Shown here piece after piece: positions 19,901-25,789 of a DNA stretch of 49,612 nt. A model generated the notes under the pieces. That model was not told the DNA's origin and did not search any database. It saw only the letters and a program-made list of their open reading frames with translations. The stretch is from the NCBI GenBank assembly GCA_964423785.1, contig CAYRGZ010000002.1, forward strand, positions 1 to 49,612, read 5' to 3'. How positions within the stretch are numbered: position 1 is the first letter of the stretch; each line of letters begins with the position of its first letter. This DNA comes from an uncultured Desulfobulbia bacterium (GTDB lineage Bacteria > Desulfobacterota > Desulfobulbia > Desulfobulbales > S012-135). A program made the translations under genes and the position numbers.

Positions 19901-21689
19901 CATCTCCGGGATCGACACCACTGACAATCTGCGGCAGAAGCTTCTTCTCCACCTCCACGGTGACGGACACGGGCTGTCCGCCTGGATGAGTACCCGGTCT
20001 GTGGTGCCTTCTGAATTGCCGGCGCCGTTTCCGGAACGGCTGCCGCCGTTGAAGCCCGAGACCCGGATCGAGGTCGCGGTGGGTGGCCTGGACGATCCGG
20101 ACATTTGCAAAGCCTTCGCAGACATCGACGATGTTGCCTCGCTGCTGAAGAGGCGCTGCGTCGTCTCCGGCAAGGTGGCGCGGCGCCTGCGTCCACTCCT
20201 CCCCGGCACCATCCGGCAGATTCAACCGTCGGACGTCCTCTCGGAACTCGCGGACGCGTGGGATAATTTCCTGTCGGCTGAGCGGTTACACTCGCTGCGG
20301 CCGCTTGCGGACGACGCGGTTTGGAGATTGCTCACGACGAGCGGGCAGGGACCTGGATGGGCCTCTCAGCTCGTTGCTTTGGCGGCGGATGGTTCCCGGG
20401 CCAGCCTGAGATCTCTACTGCTTCCGAGGGAGCTACCGCTTCCCGACGAGAGATCAGATATCGAAGACGAGCTTTTACGGGCTGTGTTCGCCCCCGACTC
20501 GCGAATCCTTGCCAAGAGCTACATCGTAACGTCCAAGGATCTGACCGTGTTCCAGCACCTCCGGGCGAGGCATGAAGTCGATGCCGCGACCATGGCCGCC
20601 TGGTACCAGGACATTCCGCCGCAGCGACGTAAGGCAGCCCTTCGCTATCTCCTCCACGGCAGTCTCCAGCATGAGATCCTTGAGCGGCTGGTGCCTTTCG
20701 ATACGCGTCCAATCTGGTTGGCAGAGTACGATGAGGTGCGCGAGATGCTCGAAGACACGGGCGAGGAGGAATGGCGGTGCCAGCGGCTTCTGGCTGCTCT
20801 TTTCCCGAGTCAATTTGAAGACAGGACCGAGCAGGAACCGCAATCCCCGCTGCCTCATTCGACGCGGCGGACCTTCTTCGAGCGCATGCAGGCGTGGTGG
20901 GACAATGAAGAGATGCGCCGCGAGGTCATAGGAACATACGAGGCCAGGGTCTGGCCAGCGTGGCTCCGGCAGACACCCATCGCGGACGGGCTCCGCTCCG
21001 ATTCCAGCGAGCATTGGCTGGCCCTGCTTGTCCTGGGAGCCTGTCAGAGCCTTGGTCGTACAAAGGATGGGCACCACCGCACCTTTCTTGAACGGGCATA
21101 CGACGATGGTTGGTGGATGGTCTTCAAGACACCCGATGACAAGGCAGCCTGGATGGATATCCTCCGCACCTGGCAGGATCGTGCTGTTAAGGATTTACCG
21201 TACGCACGATGGATGTCGCTCTTTCCCGCCATCTACCAGCTCAGCCGGTATCTCGAGAAGTATCGACGTCTGCTCCGTACGGCGGGGCGACGTCCCGCCG
21301 AGCTATACCGGGTGAGCTGTTTGCTCGCGCCGCGGGAGGATGAGGCGCTTACAGGGGCTGGTCAACAGTTCGACGCCCCGCCGGCGCCGCTGAACATGGG
21401 CCTTCACTGGGTTCTCCGAGAGCTCGTGCGACTGGGCGTGCTCGAAGGCGACCATCTCCTGCCCGACTGCTGGGTGCCGTCAGAGCAACTGCTCCGCTTC
21501 CTCCGGCCTCTCGGTCTTCACGTTCCCGATAGCGGTGCGTCCAACTTGGAAAAAGCCAGGGCAGTGTTCGATTTCCTCGCAGCGGAGCTCGACACGCCGA
21601 CGCCGCATCTCCATAGGGCTTTCGATATCCCACTACGTCACATCGACGATGACCCGCATTTGAAACGACAGCTCGGATTGGAGGATTGA
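13914..21689 (+). CDS. Giant (about 2591 aa) protein with two sacsin-like GHKL/HSP90-type ATPase modules
   Basis: Module 1 has LVRELVQNADDAGA (nt 14067-14093) and GKVGRFGIGLKSVFHI. Module 2 has VLLELAQNADDALA (nt 18852-18878) and TTGRFGLGFKSIHIV. Both match the ExxQNAxDA N-box plus GRFGxGFxS G-box seen in sacsin-type GHKL domains. The ATG at 13914 overlaps the upstream stop (ATGA); the listed ORF starts at 13851. The remaining ~1700 aa have no motif I recognise. Confidence 0.8.
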   Translation: MTTPDPRHSGRSVDRRGDARIIRGALDEVKAIQTLLADIYKDAGDGRTLVRELVQNADDAGAGRLLFVVVEQGWENAENGLLRGPGLLVVNNGPFPARDRDALHQALGGSKADDTGKVGRFGIGLKSVFHICEAIVYVGAEAGTLRPGALNPWAGTGEQDDADPLHPDWDEVGDNDLAMLEKAATELLGRFDNGLLLWIPLRRPAHLDRARDRPYGLGQFCPTAEEIAGWFNRPATLALLLAQCGYLRSIEAGRAETPGGLAARTPLARVSRPGFEPGAWVGRYDDDSTVSRRSFEGAIESNAGENGADRWAVQGVEALGHDKLFTLRSSGDWPIDLVPKDGHVAEVPRKALAHAAVTVLRANSSHGNRALRVRWAVFLPLDDAPVPGSNTLVETTGSGKVNGAWDIILHGYFWPSHDRRSIPGVTDDDDGTGDGAMRVRWNRSVRDELLLPLVPAALARETNNLDAGVAWQFLQAVTETRIVRDHREAVTRRHLLLPTLTESGIRWDKKAREGMRILSIPAWTKAPEAVRKSFAAFLSKQPDKVVFIDNDAPRLGGEPGRWPADWLKRLLDCVPAEAFHTPRDLRWIEVLVRHVMGSGDSLDDELVIIVARWIGQRIGEGVLTPTTGGPVDDTREDLREAWRSLFSAFPEEWLVDAPVDSQHAVVELAAAGLVGEGLLPIPLGRRPGAPPRSRPEPQRLDSALLELGRRLAGPEGTSQRTRRSRLLLAESLLAVREDIPLEEELESLPLLRARRLPEDRDEAWSIGDLRRQNERHRVFARPSTDVEDSESEEDGSSLEAPSDPKRAVQELSRAIGEPVWLVEAAVGAAVRAPVPAAGPLASAVLCSGAIRSDPLERQPLLQRISADLVALAADDGDTVRNAIRALLTGRVADDAMDGRLYYVRSQDSEQAENQKTLEILLRLLNRSWCMVRPALIESLPHALVEDLLVKAVDAGVLHDLLREALDEPVDWSMLEQSEALHLLRHLFETAPEKKAAWREMPLHRGIDGERGPIDGRTFRLAGDLRPPADLAAEIRLLAPDPEAADLYHDIRELDDDGILRAMLQSKRPWRFADQIIRGLQPDNEGRVTLPRDKELLDLLRQTDWLPDSNSQGGIAPQQILLLPNALETGVSVLASSGALGGYRRTNDVLPAVWSAAGKIVHEILGRPGRSRQVQHLAQALEPDRVARVDNGAFLILPEAQAIDILLIRDALETPLAGSHQGWALLHAAAEAVKGTKQSFEDVTAAARDAVMELARSLCAPAPASRQLDMLKTLSASRPAKDSASGRLFGRLLECFARTDGFFEEVLPGMDLPTQDGRWHPSREVARSASGVARRHRVLSDLRASLRLDSDEPVREQAAATKARIGPGTADALAKYFESWSERIPRGAVGAFLGLLGNGKGDAIARLAEEWLGDDVSVEGMRADLIPEDENDFWDEEGNNFWDKVKVFVSGSVARGSRVEAVNVLGERIEMDADSDQDTILATDPIRCHSVLGDFWDITLRDVDPQRRTAPELIGLLGGTVEWWAVHILRVDPQAVRAWWSRWGTGSQAQVGPVRASILAHLPLTLHQLDVRECPPLWDALRDAQRAQRKREQAPPAQLRDAMKAERSALDRLASLICDDPQHQRFLWERVQGLIQRFGYREDSVLLELAQNADDALAQAAEIAGGELAPAARRLLVRIHEVDGIPTLDITHYGRPINDTGGASFPQGRERQWDQDLYFMMLLNLSGKPGEAPGHSTAASTTGRFGLGFKSIHIVSRNPSVVSGFLAFSIAGGLLPSEQPVPDDPDLQPVEGYRATRVRLPLRDDLDPTDLVRKLFQRFMYARTLLPVFARQLREVVVEGGPFPGIARFKEEVIMGAPGWAVATETTELPNHERWRLVRFRPPGAKGSTVALVFGLINGAPAPFPSDMPFLWNVTPTSEGWGCGYAINGPFKLDPGRTHVSLDSEETLAVVGMLGKALGAGLVELHDALEASAGALAHDLPTTDRLPSFLASLWTVLISGIDTTDNLRQKLLLHLHGDGHGLSAWMSTRSVVPSELPAPFPERLPPLKPETRIEVAVGGLDDPDICKAFADIDDVASLLKRRCVVSGKVARRLRPLLPGTIRQIQPSDVLSELADAWDNFLSAERLHSLRPLADDAVWRLLTTSGQGPGWASQLVALAADGSRASLRSLLLPRELPLPDERSDIEDELLRAVFAPDSRILAKSYIVTSKDLTVFQHLRARHEVDAATMAAWYQDIPPQRRKAALRYLLHGSLQHEILERLVPFDTRPIWLAEYDEVREMLEDTGEEEWRCQRLLAALFPSQFEDRTEQEPQSPLPHSTRRTFFERMQAWWDNEEMRREVIGTYEARVWPAWLRQTPIADGLRSDSSEHWLALLVLGACQSLGRTKDGHHRTFLERAYDDGWWMVFKTPDDKAAWMDILRTWQDRAVKDLPYARWMSLFPAIYQLSRYLEKYRRLLRTAGRRPAELYRVSCLLAPREDEALTGAGQQFDAPPAPLNMGLHWVLRELVRLGVLEGDHLLPDCWVPSEQLLRFLRPLGLHVPDSGASNLEKARAVFDFLAAELDTPTPHLHRAFDIPLRHIDDDPHLKRQLGLED

Positions 21690-24379
21690 TGGCAACCTTC
21701 GAGAAGAACGCAACTGTTCGACATGCCCGTTTCGGAACGGGACGAGTCCGCATGGACGACGGCAAGAGCGTCCTCGTCAGATTCGAGCACGGTATCGAGG
21801 AGTGTCTTCCTGGCGATCTTGAGCTTGTCAAGGGCTTGAGCGAGCGCGCTGCAGAAGCGCGGTTCGACCCGACTGTCAATGTGGTCACGAAAATCCTCGG
21901 AAACTGCATCGCCTCGGTGAATGACTCGTGGGGGGTTTTCTCCCGGTCGCGGATCACGCTTCTCCCCCATCAGCTCTGGGTGTGCAAGCGAGTTCTCGAA
22001 TCCTGGCCGACACGCTGGCTCGTGGCAGATGACGTCGGCCTCGGCAAGACCATTGAGGCGGGTTTGATCCTCACTCCGCTTTTGTCCTCGGGAAGGGTCC
22101 GCCGTCTCCTCATCCTGGCTCCAGCGAGCCTGGTAGAGCAGTGGCAGGTGAGACTACGCGAGATGTTTGACATTCGCGTTTCACTCTACGCACCATCCGT
22201 CGATACGGAGACCTCGGACTACTGGAATACCCACGACAAGGTCGTGGCATCCGCTCACACGTTGCGGATGGATACGGGAGGGCGCTGGGATCGCCTGCAG
22301 GAAGCCAAGCCCTGGGATCTCGTGCTGGTGGATGAGGCCCATCACATGAACGTGGACGAGGAGCGCGGACGAACGCTGTCCTTTCAACTCGTCGAGCGAC
22401 TGCAGACCCGAGGTCGTGTGCACTCGATGGTGCTGTTCACCGGAACCCCCCACCGAGGCAAGGACTACGGATTCCTGTCCCTGCTCAAGTTGCTCCGCCC
22501 CGACGAATTCAATCCGCAAGAGCCTCTTGAAAAGCAGGTTCAGAAGCTGCGGGATGTGATGATCCGCAACAACAAGCAGCGGGTCACCGATATGACCGGC
22601 ACCCCGATCTTTACCCCCGTAATTCCCCGTCAGGAGACCTACACATACTCGCCCGAAGAGGCGCGCTTCTACGCAAAGCTCACGGAATTCATCGCCACAG
22701 GAAAGGCGTATGCAGCCGGACTCGGCCAGCAACAGCGACGGATGGCCATTCTCGTCCTCATCACCATGCAGAAGCTGGCATCGAGCTCGGTCGCCGCCGT
22801 GCGACGTGCGCTCGCCAAGCGGTTAATGCGACTCCAGGAAGCCAAGGTGAAGATGGAGCAGTCCGCTCCGGACATGGCGCGGATGCAAGAGCTGTTGGAC
22901 GAAGACGACCCCGCCAACCTGGACGAGATCGCCCGCCTTGAGGAGCGTGTTGTGGAAAACCTCGGTGACATGATCCACCTGAACCCAAACGAGATCCCGG
23001 CCCTCGAGGAACTCATTGCAGCGGCCGACGAGGTGGATCAAGAGACAAAGATCGCGCGGATCATAGAGGTCGTCGACGAGTCGTTCACTGGCAGATCTGT
23101 GTTGTTCTTCACGGAGTACAAGGCGACGCAGGCGTTGCTGATGAGTGCTCTGCAGGCTCGGTACGGCGACGGCTGCGTTGCGTTTATCAATGGTGATGGC
23201 TTCATTGAGGGTGTCAAGGACTCACAAGGGCGTACGTCTCTCATCAGAGAGGACCGGCGCAGAGCCGCCGACAGATTCAACCGTGGCAACGTCCGCTTCC
23301 TGGTGTCGACAGAAGCGGCAGGCGAGGGTATCGATCTCCAGGAGAGCTGCAGCGCCCTCATCCACGTCGATCTCCCCTGGAACCCCATGCGACTGCATCA
23401 GCGCGTCGGGCGACTCAGTCGTTACGGCCAGACCAAGCCGGTTGACGTCGTGACGATTCGGAACCCCGAAACGGTCGAGAGTCGAATTTGGGAGTGCCTG
23501 GACCAGAAGCTTGATCGCATCACCCTGGCTTTCCAGGGTGCGATGGAGGACCCGGAGGACATGCGACAGCTGGTGATCGGCATGGCGTCGCCGCGGATGT
23601 TCACCAAGGTGTTCGCCGACGCGGATCCCGAGCTTAGCGGACAGCGGCTCGAGCAGTGGTTCGACGCAAAGACGGCAACGTTTGGCGGTGAGGATGCGGT
23701 TGGCGTCGTTCGTAGTCTGTTTGGCAACGTCGCTCGGTTCGACTTCGGCGAAGTGGTGGATGAGATTCCGAAGGTAGACCTGCCCGACTTGGTGCCTTTT
23801 TTCAAGTCTGTCCTGGCAATGTTCGGCAGACGCCCACACCAGGTTGACGATGTGCGCTTAAGATTCAAGACGCCCCAGCAATGGCTGGACGATTTCACCA
23901 TAGCTGAACGTTATGATCTCCTCTTCGCTCGTGAACCTAGCCCGCATGAAGGCGAGGATGTCGCGGGCGTTGGACTGCGGGTTGTTGACCGTGCCTTACG
24001 GGAGGCCTCCGAAGTCGTTGACGCTCTTGCCCCTATGGGTGAACTGAAAGGAGCGCTCGTGGTTTTCGCCCTCCGCGACCGCATTACCGGAGCAGAAGGG
24101 GTGGTACGGAAAGTAGTCGTTGGACTCCAGCGAGGCGAGGGACCTGAGTGGAAGCTGGTTCGCGACTGGGAGTTGCTCAAGCTGCTGAACCCCGCGGCAG
24201 ACAAGCCCCGAAGTAACGTATTCGACGTCAAGTCCAAGGGCGGTGTGGACACAGAGAATCTGCTCCACGAGGCAGAAGTTGCTCTCGAAGCTCGTCTCAA
24301 CGAGTTGGATCTACCGTTCCGGTTACCCGCCATCGAGCGTCTCGCCATGCTGGTCCCGGGAGAGCCAGACAAGACATGA
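21689..24379 (+). CDS. SNF2-family helicase/translocase with N-terminal Tudor-like domain
   Basis: SNF2 motifs: LLPHQLWVCKRV, LVADDVGLGKTIEAG (I), VLVDEAHHM (II), LFTGTPHRG (III), VSTEAAGEGIDLQ (V) and DLPWNPMRLHQRVGRLSRYGQ (VI). The N-terminus ATVRHARFGTGRVRMDDGKSVLVRFEHG resembles the PcrA/UvrD/RapA-type Tudor fold. The ATG at 21689 overlaps the upstream TGA (TGATG). Confidence 0.9.
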   Translation: MATFEKNATVRHARFGTGRVRMDDGKSVLVRFEHGIEECLPGDLELVKGLSERAAEARFDPTVNVVTKILGNCIASVNDSWGVFSRSRITLLPHQLWVCKRVLESWPTRWLVADDVGLGKTIEAGLILTPLLSSGRVRRLLILAPASLVEQWQVRLREMFDIRVSLYAPSVDTETSDYWNTHDKVVASAHTLRMDTGGRWDRLQEAKPWDLVLVDEAHHMNVDEERGRTLSFQLVERLQTRGRVHSMVLFTGTPHRGKDYGFLSLLKLLRPDEFNPQEPLEKQVQKLRDVMIRNNKQRVTDMTGTPIFTPVIPRQETYTYSPEEARFYAKLTEFIATGKAYAAGLGQQQRRMAILVLITMQKLASSSVAAVRRALAKRLMRLQEAKVKMEQSAPDMARMQELLDEDDPANLDEIARLEERVVENLGDMIHLNPNEIPALEELIAAADEVDQETKIARIIEVVDESFTGRSVLFFTEYKATQALLMSALQARYGDGCVAFINGDGFIEGVKDSQGRTSLIREDRRRAADRFNRGNVRFLVSTEAAGEGIDLQESCSALIHVDLPWNPMRLHQRVGRLSRYGQTKPVDVVTIRNPETVESRIWECLDQKLDRITLAFQGAMEDPEDMRQLVIGMASPRMFTKVFADADPELSGQRLEQWFDAKTATFGGEDAVGVVRSLFGNVARFDFGEVVDEIPKVDLPDLVPFFKSVLAMFGRRPHQVDDVRLRFKTPQQWLDDFTIAERYDLLFAREPSPHEGEDVAGVGLRVVDRALREASEVVDALAPMGELKGALVVFALRDRITGAEGVVRKVVVGLQRGEGPEWKLVRDWELLKLLNPAADKPRSNVFDVKSKGGVDTENLLHEAEVALEARLNELDLPFRLPAIERLAMLVPGEPDKT

Positions 24380-24395
24380 TGGTCATCCGCTGCGG

Positions 24396-24626
24396 AGCCC
24401 TACGTGGGCTCGTGGGCTCGGACTTCTGGACGCGGCGCGGGAGACCTTGACGGGCGCCCTGCGCCGGAAGAAGGGTCGGTCCGAGGAACTGATTCGGGCG
24501 CTCCGGTACGAACGGGCCCTGGTCTACGAGGACCTCGGCCAGCGCCGGCGGGCACGCAGCGAGCTCGAGAAGCTCTACGCCGAGGACCTGGATTACGAGG
24601 ACGTGGCGGCCCGGTTGGGACTGTAG
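24396..24626 (+). pseudogene. Start-less 3' fragment of a TPR-like gene; possible insertion-truncated remnant
   Basis: The frame reads GLGLLDAARETLTGALRRKKGRSEELIRALRYERALVYEDLGQRRRARSELEKLYAEDLDYEDVAARLGL*. This is TPR-like helical repeat text with no in-frame ATG or GTG start or SD after the SNF2 stop at 24379. Confidence 0.35.
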
Positions 24627-24709
24627 CGGAAATCCGAATCAACCCCGCTTCCGCCCCGTCGAAAACGGCCCGTTCTTTGATAACTCGTTGAATTACGAAG
24701 GCTTACGGC

Positions 24710-24738
24710 TTGACAGCCGGATGGAGAAGGGTTATGAA
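24710..24738 (+). promoter_or_regulatory. Candidate sigma-70 promoter
   Basis: TTGACA (24710-24715), a 17-nt spacer, then TATGAA (24733-24738). No ORF follows; only about 95 nt lie before the terminator at 24800-24840. Confidence 0.3.
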
Positions 24739-24799
24739 GAGGGTTGCATACGGGGAGCCAGATTACAATCCGCCAATTTGGGCGGTTCTTGGTTAACAC

Positions 24800-24840
24800 A
24801 AAACCCCGATGGCTAGCGCCTTCGGGGTTTTGTCGTTTCT
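24800..24840. terminator. Bidirectional Rho-independent terminator
   Basis: The stem AAAACCCCGA (24800-24809) pairs with TCGGGGTTTT (24822-24831) around a 12-nt loop. A T-run follows on the plus strand (TTTTGTCGTTTCTTCTTTTC) and also on the minus strand (TTTTGTGTT). It sits between the convergent plus-strand island operon and the minus-strand EPS operon. Confidence 0.7.
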
Positions 24841-24928
24841 TCTTTTCTTCTTTCCCCTCACATCAATACAAGGGCATGAATGCCGATCTCCTCGCCGGAG
24901 GGGTTGACACGTCTCTTTGAGACGTGGG

Positions 24929-25789
24929 TCAGAACCGTTTCAGGGAGTGACCCAGGGCCTGGAGGGCACGTTTCACGATTCCTGGCCGGGGGGCGAGATT
25001 GGTCAGCCAAGGGCGCCACCGTTCCACGAAGGCGGCCATCTCGTGGTGCTGATTGGCTGCCAGCGCCAGGCCGGGGGGAGGCGGTCCCGTGGGGCCGGCC
25101 AGGGGCGCGGTGATCACCACCACCAGCCGCCGGTGGCGGCCGTAAAAGCCGTACGCCCCGATGACCTTGATCCAGGCGCCGTTCACCCGACCCCAGAAGG
25201 CCGCCCAGCGCAAGCCGTCGCCTCGTCCGCTGGTATAGAGTCGGTAGGGAGGCGGCACCGGGTAATCACGGAGGGGAAAGGCGGCTGTCTCGCTTTGTTG
25301 CAGGATAAAATTGACGTACGTATCTTCCGGTACCTGGAACAACCACGATTCGATGGTGGTGGGCCCCACCACCCGGCGGTTACTGGTGACCAAGGAGGCG
25401 TTCGCCGGCACGGCAAAGACGGTATCGAAGGCGTGTATGGTGTCGTCGGTACGTGTGCCGAGGGACGGCGGAGGGGGAAGAGAGTCCGTCTTGCTGGCGG
25501 CCGTCGCCGGCGGTGTCCGGCTCCAGCCCATCCGCGCTAAGCAGCGGTCATACAGTTCGGCATAGGTCTCCGGCCGGTAGTGCCGGTGCCGGGCGGTCGC
25601 GGCGATGGCCTGCCGCCGGGCAATGATTTCGCATTCCCGGGAGTCGATGTCGAATTCCCGCTGGCTGCCGCCCGCCTTGTACCAGGTCTGGGGCGTGGCG
25701 GCGCAGCCCGCGACCAGCATGCCCATCAACAGCGCCGGCCACCACCACCATCCACGTCGCATTCGAAGTGTTGTGCGTTCGACGGTCAT
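24929..25789 (-). CDS. Lipoprotein of unknown function; last gene of the EPS export operon
   Basis: 286 aa from MTVERTTLRMRRGWWWWPALLMGMLVAGC, a signal peptide with an LVAGC lipobox. The ATG overlaps the yjbH-like stop (ATGA at 25786-25789). The listed 576-aa ORF extends upstream, but that part overlaps the YjbH-like gene in another frame. Confidence 0.7.
   Translation of the reverse strand: MTVERTTLRMRRGWWWWPALLMGMLVAGCAATPQTWYKAGGSQREFDIDSRECEIIARRQAIAATARHRHYRPETYAELYDRCLARMGWSRTPPATAASKTDSLPPPPSLGTRTDDTIHAFDTVFAVPANASLVTSNRRVVGPTTIESWLFQVPEDTYVNFILQQSETAAFPLRDYPVPPPYRLYTSGRGDGLRWAAFWGRVNGAWIKVIGAYGFYGRHRRLVVVITAPLAGPTGPPPPGLALAANQHHEMAAFVERWRPWLTNLAPRPGIVKRALQALGHSLKRF

Larger units (their letters stand above)
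1..24400 (+). mobile_element. Putative defence island 1; left border is outside or near the window start, right border is near 24.38-24.40 kb
   Basis: Excisionase-type HTH gene and a dense short-repeat cluster sit at the left side. All cargo genes are defence-type. A start-less 3' fragment of a TPR-like gene lies immediately after the last island gene. No integrase is seen in the window and no flanking direct repeats were identified. Confidence 0.35.

Noticed and set aside
13773-20225. Multiple 100-400-aa minus-strand ORFs inside the giant GHKL gene (for example 13773-14570, 17570-18298, 18651-19844, 19682-20212)
   Set aside because: They are antisense shadow ORFs within one continuous 7.8-kb coding frame that carries duplicated conserved motifs. 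None has recognisable motifs.
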